This document shows, one piece after another, positions 52,457 to 62,902 of a DNA stretch of 64,000 bases (the first letter of the stretch is position 1; the number at the start of each line of letters is the position of its first letter). Both the position numbers and the translations under genes were made by a program. The notes beneath the pieces were generated by a model. That model searched no databases and had not been told where the DNA came from. It was given only the letters and a program-made list of their open reading frames with translations. The DNA is from an uncultured Acidobacteriota bacterium (GTDB lineage Bacteria; Acidobacteriota; Vicinamibacteria; Fen-336), in assembly GCA_963720545.1 (NCBI GenBank), contig OY970399.1:3616001-3680000 (forward strand), written 5' to 3'.

Positions 52457-53770
52457 ATGGCCTCGGTGTTTCCGCGCGTCTTCGGACGGGAGCTGCCACG
52501 GATCGTCCGCGGCGAGGGGGCGCTGCTCTTCGATTCGGACGGCAAGCGCTACATCGACGGCTCCGGTGGCGCCGTGGTGGTGAACATAGGCCACGGGCGG
52601 CGCGAGGTGGCCGAGGCGATGGCGCGGCAGGCGAGCGCCGTCGCGTACGTGCACGGCACGCAGTTTTCGACGGCGGTGCTCGACAGCTACGCGGAGCGGC
52701 TCGCGGCGTATGCGCCCGGCGGCGCGCGCCGGCTCTATCCGGTTTCGGGCGGCTCCGAGGCGAACGAGACGGCAATCAAGCTGGCACGCGCGTACCACGT
52801 GGCGCGCGGCGAGGACGCGCGCAGCAAGGTGGTGCGCCGCTCGATCTCGTACCACGGCAACACCGTCGCGACGCTCTCGGCGTCGGGGCGCGACGCGCTG
52901 CGCGCGCCCTACAAGCCGCTGCTTGGCCCGACCGTCTCGACGCCCGCGCCTTTCTGCTATCACTGCCCGCTGTCCTTGACCTTTCCCGGCTGCGGCATCG
53001 CCTGCGAAACCGAGTTCGAGCGCATCGTCTTGCGCGAAGGGCCGGGCACGATCGCCGCTTACATCGCAGAGCCGGTCATCGGTGCCTCGGCTGGCGCCGC
53101 GGTGCCGCCAGACGAGTACAACCGCCGCGCGCGCGAAACCTGCCGGCGGCACGGCATCGTCTACATCGACGACGAGGTGATGACGGGGTTCGGCCGCACC
53201 GGCCGCTTTTTCGCGGCCGAGTGGTCGGGTCTCGAGCCCGACATCGTCACCTGCGGCAAGGGCATGGCGGGCGGGTACGTCGCGGCCGGCGGCGTGCTCG
53301 CGAGCGAAGCGATCGTTGCTGCGGTCAAGGACGCGGGCGGCTTCGTCCACGGCTTCACCTTCTCGCACAACCCGGTGATGGCTGCCGCGGCCAGCGCGAC
53401 CCTCGACATCCTCGAGCGCGAGGGGCTCGTCGCCCGCGCCGAGGAGATGGGCGAACGGCTCGCCGCGCGCCTCGAGACGCTGCGCCGCCACGAGGTCGTC
53501 GGCGACCTGCGCGGCCGCGGCCTGCTGCGCGGCATCGAGCTGGTCGCCGAGCGCGCCGGTGCCGTGCCATTCCCGCGGGCGCGCAAGCTGGTGGAGGAAG
53601 TGCAGCGCAAGGCGTTCGCGCGCGGGCTCGTCACCTACAGCGGAACCGGCGTCGCCAACGGCTGCGACGGCGACGCCTTGCTGCTGGCGCCGCCGTTCGT
53701 CATCGCCGAATCCGAGCTGGACGAAGCCGTCGCGATCCTGGATGACGTTCTCGAGGAGGTCCGACCATGA
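52457..53770 (+). CDS. Class III aminotransferase
   Basis: SGGSEANE, SYHG, DEVMTGFGRTG, GKG, HGFTF. Confidence 0.92.
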   Translation: MASVFPRVFGRELPRIVRGEGALLFDSDGKRYIDGSGGAVVVNIGHGRREVAEAMARQASAVAYVHGTQFSTAVLDSYAERLAAYAPGGARRLYPVSGGSEANETAIKLARAYHVARGEDARSKVVRRSISYHGNTVATLSASGRDALRAPYKPLLGPTVSTPAPFCYHCPLSLTFPGCGIACETEFERIVLREGPGTIAAYIAEPVIGASAGAAVPPDEYNRRARETCRRHGIVYIDDEVMTGFGRTGRFFAAEWSGLEPDIVTCGKGMAGGYVAAGGVLASEAIVAAVKDAGGFVHGFTFSHNPVMAAAASATLDILEREGLVARAEEMGERLAARLETLRRHEVVGDLRGRGLLRGIELVAERAGAVPFPRARKLVEEVQRKAFARGLVTYSGTGVANGCDGDALLLAPPFVIAESELDEAVAILDDVLEEVRP

Positions 53771-55123
53771 CGACGCCGACGCCGACGCCGCAGAGGAACT
53801 ACCCGCGCATCAAGACGCCGCCGCCAGGGCCAAAGGCGCGTTCGGTGATCGAGCGCGACGACGCGGTGATGTCGCAGAATTACGCCAAGGACTATCCTCT
53901 GGTCGCCGAAAAGGCGTACGGCCAGGTGGTGGAAGACACCGACGGCAACCTGTATCTCGACTTCGCCGCGGGCATCGCGGTGTGCTCCACCGGCCACTGC
54001 CACCCGGAAGTGGTGCAGGCGATCAAGGACCAGGCGGAGAAGTTCCTGCACCTCTGCGCCACCGACTTCTTCTACGAGAACGTGGTGACGCTCGCCGAGG
54101 GACTCGCCCGGCACGCGCCCGGCAAGGGACCGTGGCGCGTGTTCTTCGCGAACTCGGGCGCCGAGGTGGTCGAGGGCGCGATCAAGCTCGCGCGCCTCAA
54201 GACCGGCCGGCAGAAGATCGTCGCGTTCTACGGCGCCTTCCACGGCCGCACCTTCGGCGCCATGAGCCTCACCGCGAGCAAGCCGGTGCAGCGCCGCGGT
54301 TACGGGCCGTTCGTCCCGGAGATCGTGCACACGCACTACGCGAACTGCTATCGCTGCCCGGTGAACCGCGATCCGCGCACCTGCCAGGTCCAGTGCCTCG
54401 ACCTGCTCACCGAGACCATGTTCCACACCACCATCGACCCGAAAGAAGTGGCGGCGGTGATCGTCGAGCCGGTACAGGGCGAAGGCGGCTACATCGTGCC
54501 GCATCCGCAGTTCCTGGCGAAGCTGCGCGCCATCACCCGCGAGCACGGCATCCTGCTGATCGCCGACGAAGTGCAGTCGGGCATGGGCCGCACCGGCACG
54601 ATGTACGCGTGCGAGCATTTCGGCCTCGAGCCCGGACATCCTGATCCTCGCCAAGGGCATCGCGTCCGGCCTGCCGCTCGGCGCAATCCTCGCGAAGGAC
54701 GACGTGATGCAATGGTCGAACGGCGGCCACGGCTCCACCTTCGGCGGCAACCCGGTGGCGGTGGCGGCGGCGCTCGCGACCCTGCGGCTCCTCGAAGGCG
54801 GGCTCATTGCGAATGCCGCGCGCGTCGGCGCGCACCTGCAGAAGCGGCTGCGTGAAGTGCTCGGCGAGCATCCGCGCGTCGGCGACATCCGCGGCCTTGG
54901 GCTGATGGTGGGCGTCGACCTCGTCAAGGACCGCGGCTCGCGCGAGACCGACCACGACCTGCGTGAAGCGACGCAGCAGGAGGCTTACAAGCGCGGCTTG
55001 CTCACGCTCGGCTGCGGCCCCAGCACCATCCGCCTCGCGCCGCCGCTCATCATCGACGAAGTGGACGCCGACATCGCCGTGGCGCTGCTGCGCGAGAGCC
55101 TCGACGCCGCGCTCGCACGCTAG
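53767..55123 (+). CDS. Class III aminotransferase (GabT/ArgD-like), frameshift near 54632
   Basis: NSGAE, FHGRT, QGEGG, DEVQSGMGRTG; removing one C of CCC(54631-54633) restores PDILILAKG...STFGGNP. Confidence 0.85.
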
Positions 55124-55148
55124 ACGGGGCCGGGCGCTACGGCGCCGT

Positions 55149-56552
55149 CTAGTCGATCGGCACCGTGACGTAGCGCAGCACCGAGTCGCGCTCGACCTGC
55201 AGCACCACGGTGCGGCGGCCCCTGGCCTTCTCGAGGGCGGCGCGCAGCGCATCGAGACCGAGCACCAGGCCGCCGTCGAGCGAATAGATGGCGTCGCCCG
55301 GCTGCAGAGCGTCGCGCCACGGCGGACGGTCGCGCGCCGCGGCGGCCACGATCACACCGCCGCGTGCCCGCAGCGTCGGCAGCAGCGGCGCAACCCGCGG
55401 GTCGGCGAGATCGAGCGCCAGGATGCCGAGCGGCTCGACGACGTTCCGCTCCTGGCTCACCAGGTCCGCGAGGCGTGACGGGTCGCCGGCCCGCTCTTTT
55501 ACGAGCACCGGCACCGTGAGGCGCTCGCTGCCGCGCTCGATCGCCAGGGCCACCAGCGCGCCGGCCGGCCGCTGGTAGAGGTTGACGTTGAACTGCCGGG
55601 CGTTCTCCATCGGCTTGCCGTCGATCGAGAGCACCACGTCGCCGAGCTGCAGGCCGGCGCGCTGCGCGGGCCCGTCGGGGAAGACGTCGGTGATCATCAC
55701 GCCCCAGTTGCGATAAAGCGACAGTCCGGCGGCGAGCTCCGAGGTGATCGTCTGCGCGCGCGCGCCGATGTCGCCGCGGCGCACCCGGCCGTTCTGGCGG
55801 ATCTGCTCGAACACCGTCTTGACGATGTTCGCGGGCGCCGCGAAACCGATGCCCTCGCTGCCGCCCGACTGCGAGTAGATGAGGGTGTTGATCCCGACCA
55901 GGCGGCCGTCGAGGTCGAGGAGCGGACCGCCGCTGTTGCCGGGGTTGATGCTTGCGTCCGTCTGCACGTAGATCATCGGGCTCTCGGGCTCGAGCTGGCG
56001 CGCGACGGCGCTGACGACGCCGACGCTCACCGAACCCTCGAGGCCGAGCGGCGAACCGAACGCGGCCACGAACTGCCCGGGGCGCAGCGCTTCGGAGTCG
56101 CCGAACGCGACCGCGGGCAGCCCCTTCTCGGGAATCTTCAGCACCGCGATGTCGGTCTCGCGGTCGACGCCGACGACAGTGGCGCTGTAGGTGCGGCCGA
56201 GGCTCTTCAGCACCGAGCGGTTGCCCTCCGGCGGCCCCAGCGAGGGCGGCAACACCACTTCGATGCGCTGCGCGCCGTCGACCACGTGCAGGTTGGTGAC
56301 CAGATATCCCTCGGGATCGACGACCACGCCGGAGCCGCCACTCTCCTGCCGTGCGAGCAGCGGACCGGTCGGTACGGGCGCGTAGCCGGCGACCACGATG
56401 AGCGCCACCGAGGGCCGCACGGTCTCGGCCAGCAGCTGCACGTCGTCGCTCAAGCCGCGCAGCACCGACGAACGCTTTACAGGCGGAGGCGCACTCGCCG
56501 GTGTGCGCGGCGCGGCGTCAAGCAGCAGCAGGGTGATGAGGGCGGTGAACAC
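55149..56552 (-). CDS. HtrA-like serine protease with PDZ domains
   Basis: VTNLHV, TDIAV, TDASINPGNSGG. Confidence 0.92.
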   Translation of the reverse strand: MFTALITLLLLDAAPRTPASAPPPVKRSSVLRGLSDDVQLLAETVRPSVALIVVAGYAPVPTGPLLARQESGGSGVVVDPEGYLVTNLHVVDGAQRIEVVLPPSLGPPEGNRSVLKSLGRTYSATVVGVDRETDIAVLKIPEKGLPAVAFGDSEALRPGQFVAAFGSPLGLEGSVSVGVVSAVARQLEPESPMIYVQTDASINPGNSGGPLLDLDGRLVGINTLIYSQSGGSEGIGFAAPANIVKTVFEQIRQNGRVRRGDIGARAQTITSELAAGLSLYRNWGVMITDVFPDGPAQRAGLQLGDVVLSIDGKPMENARQFNVNLYQRPAGALVALAIERGSERLTVPVLVKERAGDPSRLADLVSQERNVVEPLGILALDLADPRVAPLLPTLRARGGVIVAAAARDRPPWRDALQPGDAIYSLDGGLVLGLDALRAALEKARGRRTVVLQVERDSVLRYVTVPID

Positions 56553-56599
56553 GGGTCACGCTAGCTTACGCCGGGGCCGCGGCGGCCGGCCACAGCGCC

Positions 56600-56821
56600 T
56601 CAGGGGGAACGACGCGGGTAGTTGCTGTCGATCCAGGCGCGCACTTCGCGCTCCACCGCATCCTCGTCGGCGCCGCGAATTTCCTGCTTCGCAGTCATTT
56701 CCGCCGTGCCCGGAACCACCACGTAGACGACACCGTGCACGACGCCGCGTTCGCCGCGATAGATGTACGCCTGGATCTCGGCGGCCGGCCGGACGAACTT
56801 GAGGAGGCGGCCGGTCTTCAC
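56600..56821 (-). CDS. Small hypothetical protein (73 aa)
   Basis: GTGA overlap with the SGNH stop; typical codon usage. Confidence 0.6.
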   Translation of the reverse strand: MKTGRLLKFVRPAAEIQAYIYRGERGVVHGVVYVVVPGTAEMTAKQEIRGADEDAVEREVRAWIDSNYPRRSP

Positions 56822-57897
56822 CGGCCGCGGGCCGTCCCGCCGGGCGGCGAGAACAGGCCGAGGCGCGCGAACATGTTGGCGGCGCTCGGCGCCGGCGTGT
56901 TCCGCGGGTTGGTGATGGCGCGGAACCACACGTCCGCCATCAAGCCGTAACCCTTGTCGTTCGGGTGCACGTGGTCGTAGAAGAGACTGCGCAGGTCGGG
57001 GTCGGCAAGGAACGCCGGCTCCATGTCGGCGAGGATGGCGCCCTCGCGCTCGGCCAGGGCGCGGATTTCCTCGTCCATGCCGTGCACCCAGTCCTGGCGC
57101 GACTGCGGCACGCGCGCGTCGAAGTTTACGTTCACCGGGATGATGGTGGCGAGCACCGGAATCGTCTGCCGCCCCTTGGCTGTCTGGATGATCGCGGTCA
57201 GGCTCGGGATGGTGAAGCACGGCGGCCCGACCACCCGGCAGTCGCGGTCGTTCCAGTCGTTGGTGCCGTAGTGTATGAGCGCGTAGGCAGGCCGCTCACG
57301 GTTCAGCGAGAAGTCGATGCGTCCCACGCCCGAGTTGCTCTTGGAACCGTCCACGCCGCGGCTCACGACTTCGTGTTCGCCGCCCCAGAAGAAATTGAGC
57401 CGGTCCTCGAGCTTCGCGCGATAGCCGAGGCCGTCGCTCGAGCCGTCCCGGCCGATGGTGATGCTGTCGCCGTAGCCCATGTAACGGTTGGGGCTGTTGT
57501 CGCCGATCGGCAAGGTGATCGGCACCGGCACCGGCACGTCGCTCGTCGGCGGGACCACCACGGGCACGGGTGCGCCGGGCACGAAGCCGGGGGGCAGCGT
57601 CTCGACGTCGGCGATGAAGTTCTGGGTGCCCGCCAGGTTGCCGGTCACCTGGGTGATGCCGCCGGCGATCGTCACGCCCGAAGCCGAACCGGAGACGATC
57701 TTGACGCCCGGGACGCGGATGAACTCGTCGCCGTCCAGCGTCCCGTTGCCGTTTTCGTCATAGAAGACGAGCGCGTTGACCGTGTAGGTGGGCGGCGGGG
57801 GCGGGGTCGGGACGGTGGGCGCGCCGCCTCCGCTGGAGCATGCGGGCAGCAGGAGGAGCGAGGAGACGGCGAGGGCGCGAGCGCTGTACGCGGACAC
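56818..57897 (-). CDS. SGNH/GDSL hydrolase lipoprotein
   Basis: LPAC lipobox; GDSIT, GTND, DHVHPN. Confidence 0.88.
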   Translation of the reverse strand: MSAYSARALAVSSLLLLPACSSGGGAPTVPTPPPPPTYTVNALVFYDENGNGTLDGDEFIRVPGVKIVSGSASGVTIAGGITQVTGNLAGTQNFIADVETLPPGFVPGAPVPVVVPPTSDVPVPVPITLPIGDNSPNRYMGYGDSITIGRDGSSDGLGYRAKLEDRLNFFWGGEHEVVSRGVDGSKSNSGVGRIDFSLNRERPAYALIHYGTNDWNDRDCRVVGPPCFTIPSLTAIIQTAKGRQTIPVLATIIPVNVNFDARVPQSRQDWVHGMDEEIRALAEREGAILADMEPAFLADPDLRSLFYDHVHPNDKGYGLMADVWFRAITNPRNTPAPSAANMFARLGLFSPPGGTARGR

Positions 57898-57918
57898 GAC
57901 GCAGGACGATAACACAGC

Positions 57919-60159
57919 TCAGTTGAGGAGGTCGAAGAGGCGGGAGAACTTGACGGTCACCACCCGGTCCTGTACCGGCCAGCGGCTCGTGAAGCTGTCG
58001 CGCGACTCGTTGTAGACGACGAACAGGCCGGTATTCGCGCTCTGCAGCCAGCCGAACCGCAGGTTGGTGGAGAAGCGGTCGTCCACGTCGTTGTACTGGA
58101 TCAGCGCCTGCACGAACACCCGCGGCGAGAACGAGTAGGAAACCCGGGTGCGCAGCAGGTTCACGGTGAAGTCGCCCGCCGGCAGCGAGACATCGTTCAG
58201 GGTGTGGCTGACGTCGAGGCTCAGGTCCTTGCCGAGCCGCGCCTTGCCGGTGGTCGTGAGCGAGTTGTTGTGCCCGCCGAAGAAGCCGCCGGACACGAAG
58301 AACTCGCTGGCGCTTAGTGGCTTGCCCTGATCGGTGAAGGCGTATAGCTGGAACTCCTTGTGGTCGTATCGGCCGACGGGCACGACGATGCCGGGATGGA
58401 TCTCGAACGGTGTTTGCACCCCTTCGTGGGTGACGTTCATGGCCGTGTGGATCTCGGCGCCATTGCTCCAGGCGAAGTGGTTGTCAACGTGCGCGAACCC
58501 GCTTTCGTAGTAGCCGCCCGGCTTGAAGTACCCGGTGTAGGAGACATGCGGCCGGATTTCGAACAAGCCCAGGGGGCCGTTCGTCAATCGCTTCTGACGG
58601 AACACGAGGAACGAAGGCTTGCGGTAGCCGGCGCGGCTCAGGAAACCGGCCTCGGGATTGAAGTGCTCTTCCACCTGCGCGTACCTGGCGAAGATGTCCC
58701 ACCCGGGGCTCAGGTACTCGACGCCGGCATAATAGGCACCCTGGCCGCCCGCGACGCCGGGTGTGCGGGTGATGGCCGCCCAGCCGTCGGCCAGCGTGTA
58801 GCGGCCGATGCCGACGCGCCCGTCCACGGCGAAGGTTCGGTTCCAGTTGTCGTCGCCCGCAAGGCTGCCCGTGGCCTGGCGGTTCACGAACAACGCGCCA
58901 AAGCCAGAGCGGTTCTCGAGCTCCCTGCCGAAGCGGGCGACCGTGAAGTTGTTGGCTGGCAAGGCGGTGCCGCCGCCGCGGACATCGCTCGTCTGCATGT
59001 TGAGGAGCCCGACGTTGAAGCCGGCGATCCGGCCGGAGAGCCGCGCGCCGCCGCGGATCGGCACCACCTCGCCGCCCGGCCCGATGCCGATGCGCCGCGA
59101 GAAGAACAGTTCGACCTCGGTGGGCGTACCGGCGGCGAACAGCCCGGCGTTCTCGAGGAAGAACGGCCGCTTCTCCGGGAAGAACAGGTTGAAGCGGTTG
59201 AGGTTCACCTGCTCTTCGTCCACCTCGACCTGCGCGAAGTCGGTGTTCACGGTCGCGTCGAGCGTGAGGCTCGGCGTGAGCGAATACTTGAGGTCGCCGC
59301 CGACGTCGCCGGTCTCGGCGCGCCGTCCGCCGCTCTGGTAATCGCGCGTCGCGCGGCCGAGAGCGTAAGGCGAAACCTTCAGGTTTTTCTGCGGCTCGAG
59401 TTCGAGGCCCTGCAGCACGCCCGCCTGCGAAACCCGGTAGAGGTTGTATTGGCGAGTGAGCGGCGCCCAGTACGCGGTCTCGTTGCGGCGGCGGATGTTA
59501 CGCTGGAAATTGAGGCCCCACGCCTGCGTGCCGCCACCGGCATAGCGCAGCGTGCGGAAGGGAATTGCGAACTCCGCGCTCCAGCCGAACTCGCCGCGCA
59601 GCGCCTTCACCTGCCAGGCCGCATCCCAGTTGAGGTTGTAGCCGCCGCCGGCACCCGTCTGCTGGAACGTGCTGTTGGGTGCTTGCTGCCCCTCGCGGGT
59701 CAACTGGCCGTCGTGCTCGAGCGCGTTCGGGTTGGTGGCGAAGACGAACCCGTTCTGGCCGTCGTGATAAGTGTCGAGGACCATCTGGAAGCTGTCGCCG
59801 TCGTCGAGTGGCGCGTCGCGGCGGCTCTGCGCGACCACGATGCGCTCCGGCTCGCGATCGTGGCAGACGACGCCGACGTAAAGCGTGTCGGCTGTGTAGA
59901 GGATGCGGACATCGGTCTTCTCGGACGCCGGACGGCCTTCCTCTGGCGCTGTCTGCCAGAAATCGGAGAGTACTGGCGCGACGGCCCAGGCCGGGTCGTC
60001 GAGGACGTTGCCGTCGATCGCCGGCGGCGCCTGGGCGCGCACCGCCCGGGCTATCGGCCGTTCAACGGGCGGGGTTGCCGCCCCCGGCGGCGGCGCCACG
60101 GGCGCCTGCAGGGAAGCGACGGCGGCCAGTGCCAGTGCGGCGTTCGTGAAGGTCGGCAT
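57919..60159 (-). CDS. DUF5916/CBM9-like outer-membrane protein
   Basis: WSAEFAIPF.TLRY, DFAQVE.D, NL.RF.LFFPEKRPFFLE, FFSRRIG. Confidence 0.85.
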   Translation of the reverse strand: MPTFTNAALALAAVASLQAPVAPPPGAATPPVERPIARAVRAQAPPAIDGNVLDDPAWAVAPVLSDFWQTAPEEGRPASEKTDVRILYTADTLYVGVVCHDREPERIVVAQSRRDAPLDDGDSFQMVLDTYHDGQNGFVFATNPNALEHDGQLTREGQQAPNSTFQQTGAGGGYNLNWDAAWQVKALRGEFGWSAEFAIPFRTLRYAGGGTQAWGLNFQRNIRRRNETAYWAPLTRQYNLYRVSQAGVLQGLELEPQKNLKVSPYALGRATRDYQSGGRRAETGDVGGDLKYSLTPSLTLDATVNTDFAQVEVDEEQVNLNRFNLFFPEKRPFFLENAGLFAAGTPTEVELFFSRRIGIGPGGEVVPIRGGARLSGRIAGFNVGLLNMQTSDVRGGGTALPANNFTVARFGRELENRSGFGALFVNRQATGSLAGDDNWNRTFAVDGRVGIGRYTLADGWAAITRTPGVAGGQGAYYAGVEYLSPGWDIFARYAQVEEHFNPEAGFLSRAGYRKPSFLVFRQKRLTNGPLGLFEIRPHVSYTGYFKPGGYYESGFAHVDNHFAWSNGAEIHTAMNVTHEGVQTPFEIHPGIVVPVGRYDHKEFQLYAFTDQGKPLSASEFFVSGGFFGGHNNSLTTTGKARLGKDLSLDVSHTLNDVSLPAGDFTVNLLRTRVSYSFSPRVFVQALIQYNDVDDRFSTNLRFGWLQSANTGLFVVYNESRDSFTSRWPVQDRVVTVKFSRLFDLLN

Positions 60160-60174
60160 GCAGGGGGCCGCGCA

Positions 60175-61074
60175 TTATAACGGTCCCCTCGTGGTTCCCG
60201 AGCGCAGTCGCCGCAGCAGCTTGACGAAATCGGCGGGCCAGGGGCTTTCGAGCAGCAGTTCGGCGCCGGTCGCCGGGTGGCGGAAGCCGAGCGTGTGCGC
60301 GTGCAGCATCGGCCGGGCCACCTTGATGCCCGGCAGGCCCGCCGCATCGCGGCCATAGACGTTGTCGCCGGCGACCGGCAGGCCGATGTGGGCGAGGTGG
60401 ATGCGGATCTGGTGCTGGCGGCCGGTGGCAAGCGTCACGTCCAGCAGGCTGGCGGCGCCCAGGTCCTCGACCACGCGCCATTGAGTGATCGCGTCGCGCG
60501 CAGCCTCCCCGTCGCGCGCCACGGCGCGGCGCCCGGAGATGTAGGCATCGCGGATCGGCTTGTTGACGACGCCCGACAGGGCGCCCGGTGCGCCCACGAC
60601 GATGGCGCCGTAGTGGCGCACGATGCGATGGGCGCGGAACAGCGAGCGCAGGCCGGTGCGGGTCGGCGCGTCGAGCGCAAACACCAGCGCGCCCGAGGTG
60701 CCGCGGTCGATGCGGTGCACCGCGCCGACGAACGGCGGCCTGCGGCCGGGATTGCCGAGGTCGCGCAGCAGCCGGCGCAGGACCGAGTCTTCGTTGACGG
60801 CATCCGGGTCCGTCGGCACCGACAACAACCCCGCCGGCTTGTCCACCACCAGCAGGTGCTCGTCGCGGTAGAGGACCGGCAGGCTGATGCGGCGCTTCAC
60901 GGCTGCCTTGCGGTTCACGTCCCACGTCACGTTGGCGTCGTCCGCCACCATGGCACCCGGCTCGTCGACGGTGCTGCCAGAGACGCTCACCTGGCCCTTG
61001 GTGATTGCGTCCTGCGCCTTGCGGCGCGAGAGCCCGGGATTGCGGGCGATGAGGGCCACGTCGAGCCGCCTCAT
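60175..61074 (-). CDS. RluA/RluD family pseudouridine synthase with S4 domain
   Basis: DKPAGL, HRIDRGTSG, TGRQHQIRIH, LHA. Confidence 0.93.
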   Translation of the reverse strand: MRRLDVALIARNPGLSRRKAQDAITKGQVSVSGSTVDEPGAMVADDANVTWDVNRKAAVKRRISLPVLYRDEHLLVVDKPAGLLSVPTDPDAVNEDSVLRRLLRDLGNPGRRPPFVGAVHRIDRGTSGALVFALDAPTRTGLRSLFRAHRIVRHYGAIVVGAPGALSGVVNKPIRDAYISGRRAVARDGEAARDAITQWRVVEDLGAASLLDVTLATGRQHQIRIHLAHIGLPVAGDNVYGRDAAGLPGIKVARPMLHAHTLGFRHPATGAELLLESPWPADFVKLLRRLRSGTTRGPL

Positions 61075-61913
61075 CGCGCCCTGCGAGTTGCCGTGCGCGG
61101 GCGGCGCGCGGCTTCGCCTTCGGGTGGCTCGTGATAGTTCACCCCGGTGACGCCGAGACTCTCGTCCCAGGCAGCCGGATCCTGGCCGAAGTAGGTCGCG
61201 AGCAGGGAGTAGAGCGCGGCGCTGCTGCGGCGCAGGGCGATGGGCCGCTCGAAGAACGCCTCCACCGCCACCGGGAAGAACTCTGCCGGGTCGTCGCCCG
61301 CGTACGGGTCGAGCACCGAGTCCTCGCGGTCGAGCCGGCGCGTCTCCTCGTCGGCCAGCCGCTGCCACTCGCGCGCGCTCGCGGCGATGGCGCCGCCGGG
61401 CACGCTGCGGATGCCGTCCGTGTCGAGGTTCAGCAGGTGCGCGAACTCGTGCAGGCCGACGTGGAAGCCGTCCTCGGGGCAGGCGAAGCTGTGGGCCAGG
61501 GACGGCGCCGACAGCAGGACCGTGCCCCACGGATGCGCGAGGCCGGCGAACTCCGGGTAGTCGCTGCGGTAATCGCGGCCGAAGTCGTCGGCGTAGACCA
61601 GCACTTCGGTGAGCTGGCGCCACTCGTAGTCGGGCCACATGAGGCTCAGCGAGACCGCGGAGGCGGCGACCTGGAGCCGCACCACGTCGTCGAGCTCGAA
61701 GGAGATGCCGCTGATGCGCTTCTGCACGAGGAAGACCGCGACGTCGCGGTCGAAGCGCTCGCGCAGGGCCGGGCTCAGGCGGCGATAGTGATGGTAGCCG
61801 CCCAGCAGCCAGCGCCGCGCACCGGGGTTCGCCTCGGGCGGCCTGTCATTGTCTTTCGCGTGCGCGCCGACCGCCGCGGCCAGGCGATCGCGCAGCCGCC
61901 GCCGGACCTTCAC
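61071..61913 (-). CDS. MtfA-like zinc peptidase (M90)
   Basis: HEFAH, DPYA...AEFF.VA.E.FFE.P. Confidence 0.88.
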   Translation of the reverse strand: MKVRRRLRDRLAAAVGAHAKDNDRPPEANPGARRWLLGGYHHYRRLSPALRERFDRDVAVFLVQKRISGISFELDDVVRLQVAASAVSLSLMWPDYEWRQLTEVLVYADDFGRDYRSDYPEFAGLAHPWGTVLLSAPSLAHSFACPEDGFHVGLHEFAHLLNLDTDGIRSVPGGAIAASAREWQRLADEETRRLDREDSVLDPYAGDDPAEFFPVAVEAFFERPIALRRSSAALYSLLATYFGQDPAAWDESLGVTGVNYHEPPEGEAARRPRTATRRAR

Positions 61914-61920
61914 CTCGGGC

Positions 61921-62886
61921 TCACTGGTAGAGCCCGGCGATTCGCGCCAGCACCGGGGAGCCGATGTTACCGCCTGAGACGATCGCCGCCGTGGTTCCGC
62001 GCAGCGCCACCCGGCCGGCGCGGATCGCGGCGATTCCCAGCGCACCAGCACCTTCGGCCACCACGTGATCCTCCATCAGCAGCGCCATCACCGCATCTTC
62101 GAGCTCGGCCTCGCTGACGATGACCTCCTCGTCGATGAGGTGGCGGTGCGTGAACGCCATCAGTCCGATGCCGCCGGCGACGCCGTCCGCGATCGTCGGT
62201 CCCGCCGGGTACTCGAGGAGCGCGCGGCCCTGGCGCAGGGATTCGCGCAGCGACGGCGAAGCCTCGGCCTGCACCGCGACGATGCGCACATCGGGACGGA
62301 TCGCCTTGGCCGCTGTGGCAACTCCGGCAATCAGGCCGCCGCCGCCGACCGCCACCACCAGCGTGTCGACATCCGGCCGCTCGAGCATGACCTCGAGGCC
62401 GGCAGTGCCGGCGCCGGCCGCCGTGCGCGCGTCGTCGTAGGCGTGCACGAAGGTGGCGCCGTGCTGCGCGCAGAAGGCGAGCGCCTGCGCCTGCGTCTCC
62501 TCGTACGTGCCGTCTATCAGCTCGATCTGCACGGGATAGGCGCGCAGGCGCTCCACCTTGGACTGGGGCGCCGAGCGCGGCACGAACAGCGTCGCCTCGA
62601 CCGCGAGCCGCAGCGACGCCACGGCATTCGCGACGCCGAGCGCGTGATTGCCGGCCGAGGCGGCGACCAGGCCGCGCTGCAGCTCCGCCGCGGACAGCGA
62701 GGCGATCAGGTTGAGGGCGCCGCGCACCTTGAAGGAGCCGGTCGGCTGCCAGCATTCGAGCTTCAGGAGCACCGTTCCCTTGCCGGCGCTGCGCGCCGGG
62801 CGCAGCGGCGTCTTCTGCAGGTGCGGCGCCAGCGTGCGCGCGGCCCGCAGCACGTCGTCAAACGAAAAAGCGAGGTTCGTGGTCAC
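61921..62886 (-). CDS. Threonine/serine dehydratase (PLP-dependent)
   Basis: TGSFKVRGA, SAGNH, VGGGGL, SGGN. Confidence 0.9.
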   Translation of the reverse strand: MTTNLAFSFDDVLRAARTLAPHLQKTPLRPARSAGKGTVLLKLECWQPTGSFKVRGALNLIASLSAAELQRGLVAASAGNHALGVANAVASLRLAVEATLFVPRSAPQSKVERLRAYPVQIELIDGTYEETQAQALAFCAQHGATFVHAYDDARTAAGAGTAGLEVMLERPDVDTLVVAVGGGGLIAGVATAAKAIRPDVRIVAVQAEASPSLRESLRQGRALLEYPAGPTIADGVAGGIGLMAFTHRHLIDEEVIVSEAELEDAVMALLMEDHVVAEGAGALGIAAIRAGRVALRGTTAAIVSGGNIGSPVLARIAGLYQ

Positions 62887-62902
62887 GTCACCGTCCTTGT
62901 CG

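Noticed and set aside
49982..53491. 1169-aa antisense ORF (also 22201-25014 and similar)
   Set aside because: Shadow ORFs of high-GC genes with no recognisable motifs
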